Virus record (IMG/VR): IMGVR_UViG_2773857811_000001
Location: 3,742 to 67,741 of that record
DNA length: 64,000 bases
Origin: a virus
Lineage: Duplodnaviria; Caudoviricetes
Direction: 5' to 3' (one strand)
A program made the translations under genes and the position numbers. Shown here in pieces: positions 28,340 through 37,391 of the stretch. Position 1 is the first letter of the stretch. Each line of letters opens with the position of its first letter. A model generated the notes under the pieces. The model saw only the letters and a list, made by a program, of their open reading frames with translations, did not search any database and was not told the DNA's origin.

Positions 28340-28759
28340 ATGTCAGATTTAAGTATTGTGTGGCAAGACGGCGAAGGCGATGTGGTTTCGTTGGATTCTG
28401 CTTTCTTGATAGATGACGGCTTAACCAATGCCATTGTGATTAGCCTATTCTCCGATGCCCGTGTAGATAATCAACGCGGCTGGTGGGGCAATGATTTTGG
28501 TCAAAATCAATCCGGACAAGTGGAAATGGGCTCACGCCTGTGGACACTAGCCCGTTCTAAGCAACTTACCGATGTGCTCGATGACGCGCAAGCCTACGCA
28601 GAAACCGCGCTTCAATGGTTGATTGATGATGGTCACGCGTTGGCTATTGATGTGACGGCAAGCAATCCTGAACAGGCCGTGCTGTTGTTAAGCGTTGTGG
28701 TGACGTTGCCCAATGGGCAAACGGAACAACGTACGTTTTCAGCAGTATGGAGCCTGTAA
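28340..28759 (+). CDS. Baseplate protein gp46
   Basis: ISLFSD.R, RGWWG, GSRLW.L.R.K and ALQWLIDDG motifs. Confidence 0.93.
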   Translation: MSDLSIVWQDGEGDVVSLDSAFLIDDGLTNAIVISLFSDARVDNQRGWWGNDFGQNQSGQVEMGSRLWTLARSKQLTDVLDDAQAYAETALQWLIDDGHALAIDVTASNPEQAVLLLSVVVTLPNGQTEQRTFSAVWSL

Positions 28760-29829
28760 TGCCTTATCAATCCCCTACACTTTCTCAACTTGTCAATCAG
28801 GGCGAGCAGCAATTTTTAAGCCGATTTCCGGATGTGAAACGCCATTCGGTGGTGTCGGTGTTAAATCGTATCAATGCGGCATTAAGTGCCGGTGAGCATC
28901 AACATCTTGACTGGTTAGCCCGCCAAATTATCCCTACCACCGCGGACGAAGATTACTTATTGGAATATTGCGCCTATAAAGGTATTTATCGTAAAGCGGC
29001 AAGTGCGGCACAAGGCGTGATTCGTATTGAAGCCGTTAGTGTGGCTGAAATTGCCGAAGGTACCTCGTGGCGCGATGGGCGTTCCGGTCTCACCTTTGCT
29101 GCAGTGCAAACCACGTCGGTGCAAGCCGGTTCCGCCGAAATTGCAGTGCAATGCACGGAAAGCGGCAGCCAAGGCAATATTGGCGCACAAACCCAACTTG
29201 CTTTAATGAATGCTATTTTAGGCGTAAAACCCCAAGCCACCGTGTTGCAAATGAGCGGAGGCACAGAAATCGAATCCCTTTCTGCCTTATTAAGCCGTTT
29301 AATTCAACGCGTACAGTATCCGCCCGCAGGCGGTGCTCCGCATGATTATGTGCGTTGGGCGTTGGAAGTGAACGGCATTACACGTGCGTGGTGTTTTCCG
29401 CGTTATTACGGTGGCGGCACGACGGGCGTGGCGATTGTGTTAGACAATCAGACAGATATTTTACCTACCACTCAGGATTGCGAGCGAGTGAAAGCCTATA
29501 TCAGTGGACACAAGAACACAGTAACGGGACTTTGGGAAGGTATGCCGGCTGGCAATGAGTTGTTTGTGTTTGCACCTAAAGTAAAAAAACTTGATTTGAC
29601 AATTCGCTTGGTGCCTGCAACAGAAATAATGAAAGAGGCGGTGAAATCCGCGCTTGTGTCATTATTTCAGGCCTTGCCTCCTGGTGGTTTACTTTATTTG
29701 TCGCATCTACGAGCGACTGTATCGAATGTGATCGGCGAGATGGATAACAGTATTTTATCGTTACAAGCCGACGTCCAACTTGATAAAGATCAGATACTTG
29801 TGTTAGGGGATATTACATGGCAAGCCTAA
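28759..29829 (+). CDS. Baseplate J-like protein (gp47)
   Basis: PP.GGA.HDYVRWALEV.GITRAW motif. Confidence 0.93.
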   Translation: MPYQSPTLSQLVNQGEQQFLSRFPDVKRHSVVSVLNRINAALSAGEHQHLDWLARQIIPTTADEDYLLEYCAYKGIYRKAASAAQGVIRIEAVSVAEIAEGTSWRDGRSGLTFAAVQTTSVQAGSAEIAVQCTESGSQGNIGAQTQLALMNAILGVKPQATVLQMSGGTEIESLSALLSRLIQRVQYPPAGGAPHDYVRWALEVNGITRAWCFPRYYGGGTTGVAIVLDNQTDILPTTQDCERVKAYISGHKNTVTGLWEGMPAGNELFVFAPKVKKLDLTIRLVPATEIMKEAVKSALVSLFQALPPGGLLYLSHLRATVSNVIGEMDNSILSLQADVQLDKDQILVLGDITWQA

Positions 29830-30404
29830 CAACCGCTATGTATCTTGATGCAGCATTAAAGCTGCTACCGGTTGGTTTAGCTTGGAATCGAGCCCCTGAT
29901 GGCAATTTGGGCAAGATATTAGCAATTCGGGCCGAACAATTAAGTCGAGTGAACGATACGGCGCATCAACTCGTAAAAGAGCGCATGCTTAGCAATGCTT
30001 TTATTTTATTGGAGGACTGGGAAGCCTTTTATGGACTGCCAGAATGCACGGAAATCAACACCATTGAAGCACGCCGTGCGGCATTGATTGCCAAGGATAA
30101 CGAAGTCGGCTCATTTAACAAGCACTATCTAGAAGAACAAGCTGCTCATAATGGCTATCACATTAGAGTCATAAGCCATTACCCACATCATTGTTTGCGT
30201 GATTGCATGCAACCACTCTATCCACAAGAGAATGCGTGGAAGGTCTTTATATACACAACAAGTCGCAATGTCCGAAATATGACATGTTTAGAGGACGTTA
30301 CGAATGAGTTAGTGATGTTTGAGCGTTCGAAAGTGGAATGTTTTTTAAAACGGCTTTGTTATGCGCATTTGGAATTGGTTTTTATTTATGAGGAAGAACA
30401 ATAA
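29817..30404 (+). CDS. Baseplate protein gp48 (YmfQ/DUF2313-like)
   Basis: LLP.GLAW and L.DWE..YGLPEC motifs. Confidence 0.88.
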   Translation: MASLTTAMYLDAALKLLPVGLAWNRAPDGNLGKILAIRAEQLSRVNDTAHQLVKERMLSNAFILLEDWEAFYGLPECTEINTIEARRAALIAKDNEVGSFNKHYLEEQAAHNGYHIRVISHYPHHCLRDCMQPLYPQENAWKVFIYTTSRNVRNMTCLEDVTNELVMFERSKVECFLKRLCYAHLELVFIYEEEQ

Positions 30405-31153
30405 TGTACGCATTAGATAATTCGTCCGGTGTTACGGTTATGCCACCGGTTAAGATTCAACAGTATCAACATGATGCTCCGCGTTGGTTTACCGAAGGTG
30501 GAAATGGCGTCGCACCGAGCTATCCAGGAGCGGACTGGTTCAATATTGTGCAGGCTGAATTGTTAGGTGTGCTTTCAGCCGCAAAAATAACCCCTGAAAA
30601 AAATGAATTAAATCAACTCGCATCTGCGATTAAGCAGATTATTTTAAACACTACTGGCGAATTAACATCACTTCGGGAAGTGTTTGTCGGCATTCCTATA
30701 CCATATCCGCTATCTTCGGTGCCCGCAGGTTATCTGGCCATGAATGGACAGCGATTTGATACTCAACGTTATCCTAAATTGGCGCAAAAATATCCATCAG
30801 GACAGCTGCCTGACCTGCGCGGAGAATTTCTTCGTGGCTGGGATAATGGTCGTGGCGTTGATGCTGGCCGCGGTTTATTAAGCCAGCAATTCGGATCATT
30901 GCTAGTGCAGGAGGCGAATTATATAGTCAACAACGTTGTGTCACCATCAGGCAACACAGCCGAAAATCAAGGATGGGATAAAACTGATTCGGGTTTAAGT
31001 AATCGGATAAAAATGACGACAGCCGTCGCCGACAATCCGACGGCCAACTGGTACGCCGTGCCTGGTACTTACGCGACCGACGCACAGATACCTTATGTAG
31101 GCATGGCGCGGCCACGAAATATCACTTTTAACTATATCTGCTTGGCCGATTAA
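30404..31153 (+). CDS. Short tail fibre with tail-collar domain
   Basis: Mu-type N-terminus (GADWFNIVQAEL); collar LPDLRGEFLRGWD.GRGVD; end RPRNITFNYI. Confidence 0.9.
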   Translation: MYALDNSSGVTVMPPVKIQQYQHDAPRWFTEGGNGVAPSYPGADWFNIVQAELLGVLSAAKITPEKNELNQLASAIKQIILNTTGELTSLREVFVGIPIPYPLSSVPAGYLAMNGQRFDTQRYPKLAQKYPSGQLPDLRGEFLRGWDNGRGVDAGRGLLSQQFGSLLVQEANYIVNNVVSPSGNTAENQGWDKTDSGLSNRIKMTTAVADNPTANWYAVPGTYATDAQIPYVGMARPRNITFNYICLAD

Positions 31154-31162
31154 GGGGGATTT

Positions 31163-31918
31163 ATGGCAGTAAAATTTAATGCCGAAGGCTTTGCCACCAC
31201 TAGTGGTGAAATCACCGTCTATACCACGGATTATCAAGGGATTTACAGCCACGGCGCCATCGAATATGTGAGCGAAGGTGGAAGCCTTGCGGCAGGTAGC
31301 TATTTAGATGCTCCACCACCGGAAAAAGAAGGGTTTGTGGTTGTGCGAGCTGAAAATGGATGGAGTTATCAGGCCGATAACCGAGGAGTTTATTACCGCA
31401 CGGATACCGGTGAAAAGGTGGAATATTTAAAACTTGGAGAGCTCCCTGAAAACTTAACCAAAATCGAACCACTTAGTTTGCCATGTAAATGGGATGGCGA
31501 AAAATGGGTTGTTGATACAACAAAACAAGCTGAGCTTTATGCTAATGCAGCAAGTCGATTGGTTGATGGTATCGACTCGAAGGCAGCAGAAATCTACAAG
31601 TATTGGACGCGTTTTGAGTCCGAATATCGCGAGCGCCAAGCGGCAGCAAACGCATTTAAATCCGCTGGCTATCAAGGCGAAGTAAGCCGTTATATTGCTG
31701 ATTTTGCGCGCCATGCGGGAATCGACAATAAAACTGCAACGGACTTGATTTTAGTGCAGGCAGAAGGGCTTGAGAAGCTGCAGATGGAACTCGCGAATCA
31801 ACGGATGCGTAAGTATGAAATTAAAACGCCGAATTTAACGCTGGATCAAATGCAAGCAATCTATGACGACATTATTTCAACCATGGATAAACTTTTGGAG
31901 GCATACAAAAATGGCTAA
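31163..31918 (+). CDS. Tail fibre assembly/chaperone protein
   Basis: AGSYLDAPP, W.Y.AD.RG, LGELP.NLT and KWDG..WV motifs. Confidence 0.85.
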   Translation: MAVKFNAEGFATTSGEITVYTTDYQGIYSHGAIEYVSEGGSLAAGSYLDAPPPEKEGFVVVRAENGWSYQADNRGVYYRTDTGEKVEYLKLGELPENLTKIEPLSLPCKWDGEKWVVDTTKQAELYANAASRLVDGIDSKAAEIYKYWTRFESEYRERQAAANAFKSAGYQGEVSRYIADFARHAGIDNKTATDLILVQAEGLEKLQMELANQRMRKYEIKTPNLTLDQMQAIYDDIISTMDKLLEAYKNG

Positions 31919-32396
31919 CCGTATTTATCTTGCTTTTTATAAGCATAAACGCAGCTTTCTGAAAGAGCCATTAAAAGCCGTAGCTGATGCAGTAACGAGA
32001 TTTTTCACAAAAGGTAAATACTCCCATTGCGAGCTAACGGTCGAGCGAATGGAATTCACTCAAGGCAATCATTACGAGAACGAAACTGTGTTTGATTGCT
32101 ATTCTGCATCTGTACAAGACGGCGGTGTGCGCTGTAAGCAAATTGACGTGTCAGACCAATCTAAATGGGATTTGTTGGCCATTGATGGTGTAACCGAGGA
32201 ACAAATTAAAGCGTATTTTGCAAAAACTGTCGGACATACCTATGACTGGTGGGGCGCATTGGGCGTGGTCTTAGGTATTAAACAAAAACGGAGTAAGTAT
32301 TTCTGTTCGGAATGGTGCTTTAACGCAATTTATAACAGTGATGAAGGTTGGCGTTTTAGCCCAAACCAACTTGCAGCGATGGTGAAAAATGGATAA
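31911..32396 (+). CDS. Permuted papain-like (NlpC/P60, YiiX-like) protein
   Basis: His-before-Cys order: KYSHCEL ... YDW ... KYFCSEW ... SP.QL. Confidence 0.65.
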   Translation: MANRIYLAFYKHKRSFLKEPLKAVADAVTRFFTKGKYSHCELTVERMEFTQGNHYENETVFDCYSASVQDGGVRCKQIDVSDQSKWDLLAIDGVTEEQIKAYFAKTVGHTYDWWGALGVVLGIKQKRSKYFCSEWCFNAIYNSDEGWRFSPNQLAAMVKNG

Positions 32397-32757
32397 AACA
32401 ACGATTAACCTTTACCGTGGTGATGACGAGGCATGCACTGTTCGACTGTTTGAAAAACTGCCGGATAAAACATTAAAGCCGCTCGATTTAAGTGATGTGG
32501 CGCGCTTTGATTTATGGGCGAAAGTCAGAGGCAAAGCCGTGCTAACGCTATCATCCACAACAGGTGAAATTGAAGTTGTAGATGCCCAAGGCGGTGTTAT
32601 CAAGCTTAATATTAGCCACAACTTAACCAAGGAGGCAACATGGTCACAAGCCGGTTACGATTTGCAAACTGTATCTCATAGCGGACGAATAAAAACGCCA
32701 ATCCGCAATGGGAGAATTAACTTGCAGTTTGATTATACTCCAGTGCCGGGTGACTAA
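32389..32757 (+). CDS. Hypothetical beta-sandwich (BppU-like) tail accessory protein
   Basis: I.LYRGD, P.DLS, G.I.VVD...G.I.L and YDLQ pattern. Confidence 0.6.
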   Translation: MDKTTINLYRGDDEACTVRLFEKLPDKTLKPLDLSDVARFDLWAKVRGKAVLTLSSTTGEIEVVDAQGGVIKLNISHNLTKEATWSQAGYDLQTVSHSGRIKTPIRNGRINLQFDYTPVPGD

Positions 32758-32758
32758 G

Positions 32759-32911
32759 ATGTGTGAAATTATAGCAATCATCGAACCACCACAAGAGATT
32801 GTTGCAGTGGTTGAGGCGACAACAGAAGTAACATCGCTAAATGAAATCGAATTATTAAAAATTTACGAACAGGGAAAGGAGGATTTTTATCATGGCAAAA
32901 ACACCAACTAA
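32759..32911 (+). CDS. Small acidic hypothetical protein (50 aa)
   Basis: Fills the gap between coupled ORFs; ELLKIYEQGK. Confidence 0.6.
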   Translation: MCEIIAIIEPPQEIVAVVEATTEVTSLNEIELLKIYEQGKEDFYHGKNTN

Positions 32912-33632
32912 AGACGACCAACCATTTATTTATCAACTAGGGAAAGATATCGCTAGACTAGGGTTTGAAATTGAAAAGCTTAAAAATAAGTCTGTGAAAG
33001 CGGTACGAATTGTCGTGCCAGCAAAACCAGAAAAATATCAACAATATTGGCTTAAAGCAGTAATTAACTTACCGCCTGAGTGTCAAAATGCAATTTGCAT
33101 AAAATCAAAAAACGGCGAAGTCAGTCTCGTTAAAACTGAAGAAACTCTATCTGTTTACGCTGAGTATAACGTAAGCGAGTTTTATCTAGCTCCTATCTAC
33201 AGGCTTGAGGCTGATACAATTACCGCAGTACTTGACCAGCAACAGATAAATGACATTAATGATGCACAAGAGCGCGAAGAACGTGAACGCAAAGAGCAAC
33301 AAGAGCGCGATAAACACATTTATAAATATCTCGCAAAATGGCTCACGGACAATTACCTTGAAAGCGTTAGAGCTAAAGCAGGCACAACCCGCGACTATGA
33401 ACTCATGGGCATCAAAGTTTATGTAAATAAAAACGGGTTAAAAGCATTGCTTGACAAACCATTTGAACGAAACAGCAATATGCCTACGCTGGCTATTGAT
33501 GAGTCAACCTATGCTGACGCTAAAGAGGCTATGTTAACCGAGAAAGCTCGCATTGACCGTGGCGAGGTTGATTTGAGTATAGCGAGTGATTTCAACGTGG
33601 TGGATTACCGTTACATTGACGATATGCTTTAA
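32892..33632 (+). CDS. Hypothetical protein
   Basis: AGGAGG SD, 246 aa, charged central helix. Confidence 0.8.
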   Translation: MAKTPTKDDQPFIYQLGKDIARLGFEIEKLKNKSVKAVRIVVPAKPEKYQQYWLKAVINLPPECQNAICIKSKNGEVSLVKTEETLSVYAEYNVSEFYLAPIYRLEADTITAVLDQQQINDINDAQEREERERKEQQERDKHIYKYLAKWLTDNYLESVRAKAGTTRDYELMGIKVYVNKNGLKALLDKPFERNSNMPTLAIDESTYADAKEAMLTEKARIDRGEVDLSIASDFNVVDYRYIDDML

Positions 33633-33637
33633 TAATA

Positions 33638-33667
33638 AAGTGCGGTCAATTTTGGCCGCATTTTGTT
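33638..33667 (+). terminator. USS-pair hairpin terminator
   Basis: AAGTGCGGTCAA-TT-TTGGCCGCATTTT. Confidence 0.7.
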
Positions 33668-33692
33668 GCTAGTTTATAAGGTATAATAATGA

Positions 33693-33744
33693 CAAACAAA
33701 CAAACAAACAAACAAACAAACAAACAAACAAACAAACAAACAAA
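33693..33744 (+). repeat. Simple sequence repeat (CAAA)13
   Basis: 13 perfect units counted between ATG 33689 and ATG 33756. Confidence 0.97.
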
Positions 33745-33755
33745 CGGAGCGTACT

Positions 33756-34586
33756 ATGTATAAACAAGCACCGCTACCGTTCGTCGGACAAAAGCGCCAA
33801 TTTTTAAAACACTTTGAAGTCGTACTGAACGAAAACATCCCCGGGGATGGTGACGACTGGACGATTATCGATACATTTGGCGGGAGCGGTTTACTAAGCC
33901 ACGCTGCTAAACAACTCAAGCCTAAAGCACGTGTAATTTATAACGACTTTGATGGGTATGCAGAGCGCATTAAACATATCGACGACATTAACCGCTTGCG
34001 TGCGCAAATTGCCGCGTTGTTAGTTGATATCCCACGTCAAAAGCGCATCACCGACAAAGCGCTCAAGGCACAGATTATTGACACAATCAAAGCGTTTGAC
34101 GGTTATATTGACCTCGCTACGCTAACAAGTTGGCTGTTGTTTTCAGGACAACAGGTTGGCACATTTGAGGAGTTGTTTGCCAAGGATTTTTGGCACTGCA
34201 TACGCCAGTCAGACTATCCATCTGCAGACGGTTATTTGGATGGGATAGAGGTGGTTTCTGAGTCGTTTCACACGTTACTACCACGCTTTAGTGCCGACCA
34301 ACAGGCGGTATTTGTTTTAGACCCACCTTACCTATGCACCAGACAAGAGAGTTACAAACAGGCTCATTACTTTGATTTAATCGACTTCTTGCGATTAGTC
34401 AACATCACTCGGCCACCGTATATCTTCTTCTCGTCCACTAAGAGCGAGTTTGTGCGGTTTATTGAGTACATGGTCGAAGACAAGGTTGATAATTGGGAGG
34501 CTTTCTACAACTCCGAGCGCGTAGTTGTTAAGGCTTCAGCAAGTTATTCCGGGAAGTATGAAGATAACATGGTTTATAAGTTTTAA
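33756..34586 (+). CDS. N6-adenine DNA methyltransferase at the mom locus (Hin1523/Hia5-like)
   Basis: APLPFVGQKR, D.FGGSG (motif I) and DPPY (motif IV); last gene before the right end. Confidence 0.9.
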   Translation: MYKQAPLPFVGQKRQFLKHFEVVLNENIPGDGDDWTIIDTFGGSGLLSHAAKQLKPKARVIYNDFDGYAERIKHIDDINRLRAQIAALLVDIPRQKRITDKALKAQIIDTIKAFDGYIDLATLTSWLLFSGQQVGTFEELFAKDFWHCIRQSDYPSADGYLDGIEVVSESFHTLLPRFSADQQAVFVLDPPYLCTRQESYKQAHYFDLIDFLRLVNITRPPYIFFSSTKSEFVRFIEYMVEDKVDNWEAFYNSERVVVKASASYSGKYEDNMVYKF

Positions 34587-34598
34587 GACTTAAAATTT

Positions 34599-34633
34599 AA
34601 ACGCCCTTTAATGATGATTTAAAGGGCGTTTTT
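34599..34633 (+). terminator. Intrinsic terminator after the methyltransferase
   Basis: AAACGCCCTTTAA-N7-TTAAAGGGCGTTTTT. Confidence 0.8.
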
Positions 34634-34739
34634 GTATCTCAAATTTAATGATTTTTAACCGCTTAAAATGGGATATTGCTAAAAAATCAAAATTCTCACT
34701 TTTAGCGGTCACGTTTCTCAAAATTCGCGAACGGCTACA

Positions 34740-34744
34740 CCAAG
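34740..34744. repeat. Right copy of target-site duplication CCAAG
   Basis: Follows the ...GGCTACA end; identical to 176-180. Confidence 0.93.
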
Positions 34745-35669
34745 CGTAGAACAAAAACTGATTGAAAAAGTATTGTTAAGTTCAAACTTCTTGCAATGGA
34801 TTAACGTGGTTCGTGATCCATTAATGGAAGCAGAATTAGTCGGTTTAGAAGTGGCTTCTGCGATTGCAAGCACCACAGACACCAACACCAAAGAGCGCGA
34901 AACAAAAGACATTTCAAAAATGACCGGTCGCAAATATAAATGCGAACAAGTCAACTTTGACACGCATATTCCATGGCCAAAACTCGACCAATGGGCAAAA
35001 CACCCTGACTTCCAGAAAAAACTGGCGAATTTAACGCAAAAAACTATCGCCTTGAACCTCATTATGATGGGGCTAAACGGCACAAGTCGCAGTGAAACCT
35101 CCGATTTGTCTTCAAATCCGAAACTGCAAGACGTGAAAAAAGGTTGGTTACAACAAATGCGTGAAGATATGCCGTCTCATGTGATGAACGGTGCAAGTAC
35201 ACAAAACAAAATCAAAGTGGGTAAAGGTCAAGCCAAAGACCACGGCTATGAAAACATTGATGCCTTAGTGCTTGATGCCGTCAACACCTTAATTGATGAA
35301 GTTTATGCCGATGACACTGAATTAGTGGTGATCTGCGGTCGTGAAATCTTAAACGATAAATACTTCAACATCGTTAACACGGATTTAAAACCGACGGATG
35401 ACCTTGCAAGCCAAGTGATCATCTCACAAAAACAAATCGGTGGCTTAAAAGCGATTCGCGTGCCGTTCTTCCCGAAAAATTCAATCCTGATCACCCGATT
35501 GGATAATTTATCCATCTACATTCAGGAAGGCTCAATGCGCCGTTTCATTAAGAACAATCCGAAACGCAACCGCGTAGAAGATTACTTGTCGCAAAACATC
35601 GACTACAAAGTCGAAGAATACGGTTGCGCGGCATTAATCGAAAACATCACTTTCGAAGATAAAGAATAA
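34745..35669 (+). pseudogene. N: 3' fragment of P2-like major capsid gene
   Basis: IASTTDT, NP.LQDV.KGWLQ, IGGL.A.RVPFFP and ITRLDNLSIY.QEG motifs; lacks its native start. Confidence 0.93.
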
Positions 35670-36331
35670 TGGCTGAACGTCTCTCACCCGCACAAATCCA
35701 TCTTCGCACCATTTCCGCTGCCGTGGCTCATGCAGCGAAAACCGAAGATCTAAGCGAATTCACCGAATATGAAAAAATGTGCCGTTTGCTTGCGCGTCAC
35801 CGCAAAGATTTAAAACAAATCCAATCGACGGAACGCAAAGCGGCATATAAAAAACAAATTTTGGTGGATTACCTGCCATGGATTGAAGGTGCATTATCTG
35901 CCGGCACCGGCAAACAAGACAATGTCCTGATGACATGGTGCGTGTGGGCGATTGACTGTGGCGAATATCACCTTGCGTTACAAATTGCCGATTATGCCGT
36001 CTTTCATGATTTACGCTTGCCCGAGCCATTTACCCGAACTCTTGGCACTATGTTGACAGAAGAATTTGCCGACCAAGCCAAAGCGGCGGCAGCGGCAAAT
36101 CAACCTTTCGAAGTGGCTTATTTGGAACAAGTGCAACGCATCACTGCCGATTGTGATATGCCGGATGAAAGCCGAGCCCGATTATTGCGTGAATTAGGCT
36201 TGCTTTTAACCGACAAAAACCCGGAACAGGCACTGGCATATTTAGAACGCGCCTTGGGCTTAAATCAGTCCATCGGTGTGAAAGGCGATATTAAAAAACT
36301 ACGTAAACAATTAAACAAATCCGATGAATAA
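35669..36331 (+). CDS. M: Terminase endonuclease (small) subunit
   Basis: LKQIQS.ERKA..K, QD.VL....VW.ID.G, DMPD..RA.L and IGVK.DI motifs. Confidence 0.93.
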   Translation: MAERLSPAQIHLRTISAAVAHAAKTEDLSEFTEYEKMCRLLARHRKDLKQIQSTERKAAYKKQILVDYLPWIEGALSAGTGKQDNVLMTWCVWAIDCGEYHLALQIADYAVFHDLRLPEPFTRTLGTMLTEEFADQAKAAAAANQPFEVAYLEQVQRITADCDMPDESRARLLRELGLLLTDKNPEQALAYLERALGLNQSIGVKGDIKKLRKQLNKSDE

Positions 36332-36452
36332 GCGGTTTTGAAACTGAGCAAATCACGCAGCCGCGGGGCGGATTAAAAGTGCGGTCGAAATTCCTAGAAT
36401 TTTTAACCGCACATCATTAATCCTCACCCCGCTTTTTTTATAGGTGTTTTTT

Positions 36453-36959
36453 ATGTCAGACGGATCTATCTCTATCAAACTCGCCCCAGATTACGAAATG
36501 GGGGCGGTACAAAAACAAGTTGAAGACTATGGGCAAGGAGAAGGCCTTGTACTGAACGACCTTTTTTTCCCGTCGCTTAAAATCTCTGATTTTCGCAATC
36601 AGGCACGTTTGGACGGCACAGTCACAACGGCTCGCTTAAAAGAAGCCTTAATTGAAGCTATCGCCGCGGTCAATGACGAATTGGAGGAATTCAAACAGCG
36701 CAGCACATCCGAAGCCTTTGCCGACATTCCTTGCCAAAAAATCAACAACGAAAGCGTGTTGGTCTATCGCTACCGCCGTGCCGTCACCTGCTTGGCATTG
36801 GCAAACCTTTATGAACGCTACACAAGCTACGACACCACCAATGACGGCGAGAAAAAGGCAGAACTGCTCAAAGATAGCATTGACCAATTGCGCCGTGATG
36901 CCCGCTTTGCCATTAGTGACATACTCAAACGCCCGAGAGTCGATGCGGAGCTAATCTAA
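36453..36959 (+). CDS. L: Head completion/stabilisation protein
   Basis: RLDGTVT..RL, Y.RAV and RDARFAISDI motifs. Confidence 0.93.
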   Translation: MSDGSISIKLAPDYEMGAVQKQVEDYGQGEGLVLNDLFFPSLKISDFRNQARLDGTVTTARLKEALIEAIAAVNDELEEFKQRSTSEAFADIPCQKINNESVLVYRYRRAVTCLALANLYERYTSYDTTNDGEKKAELLKDSIDQLRRDARFAISDILKRPRVDAELI

Positions 36960-37168
36960 TGGAAGTTTACGCTCAACAAAACGACAACTTAGATGCAATC
37001 CTGTATCGCTATTTCGGGCATAGCGAAGGTTTGCTTGAAATCGCCTGCGAACTGAATCCGCACTTAATGGATAAAGCCATTATTCCTATTGGTACAGAAG
37101 TGATCTTGCCGGAACCTGACACCGAAAAAATCAGCGTGGCCCAAGACACTATTCAACTTTGGAGCTGA
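36959..37168 (+). CDS. X: Tail protein X
   Basis: A.Q.D.LD.I.YRY.G, NP.L, P.GT.V.LP and IQLW. Confidence 0.93.
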   Translation: MEVYAQQNDNLDAILYRYFGHSEGLLEIACELNPHLMDKAIIPIGTEVILPEPDTEKISVAQDTIQLWS

Positions 37169-37169
37169 T

Positions 37170-37391
37170 ATGCACGACACGCCAACGAAAGCGTCTTACA
37201 CATCAGGAATTTTAGCCTTTTTTATTGGACGCATTGCGGATATGTTTTCAAATGTAAATTGGGCGGACGTCGCCTCAATCACCGGTATTGTGATCGGTGT
37301 CGCCACATTTCTGGTGAATTGGTATTACAAGAAAAAAGATTTTGAATTAAAAGAAAAAGAACTTGAACAACGGAGCCATCACCATGATTAA
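37170..37391 (+). CDS. HP1-family holin
   Basis: TM segments and ATFLVNWYYK motif. Confidence 0.88.
   Translation: MHDTPTKASYTSGILAFFIGRIADMFSNVNWADVASITGIVIGVATFLVNWYYKKKDFELKEKELEQRSHHHD

Larger units (their letters stand above)
181..34739 (+). mobile_element. Complete Mu-like transposable prophage (34,559 bp)
   Basis: Begins TGTA, ends TACA, 5-bp TSD. Gene order is repressor, ner, A, B, gam, gemA, mor, lysis, head, contractile tail, methyltransferase. Confidence 0.96.

Noticed and set aside
30404-33632. Gin-type invertible tail-fibre segment
   Set aside because: No serine invertase, no inverted second fibre gene and no gix-like repeats were seen.
33674-33919. Minus ORF with LFVC repeats
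   Set aside because: It is the antisense reading of the CAAA tract and the methyltransferase start.
34773-35669. Stand-alone 298-aa capsid gene starting at TTG
   Set aside because: The true start is at 74; this is the distal fragment left by the insertion and has no SD.
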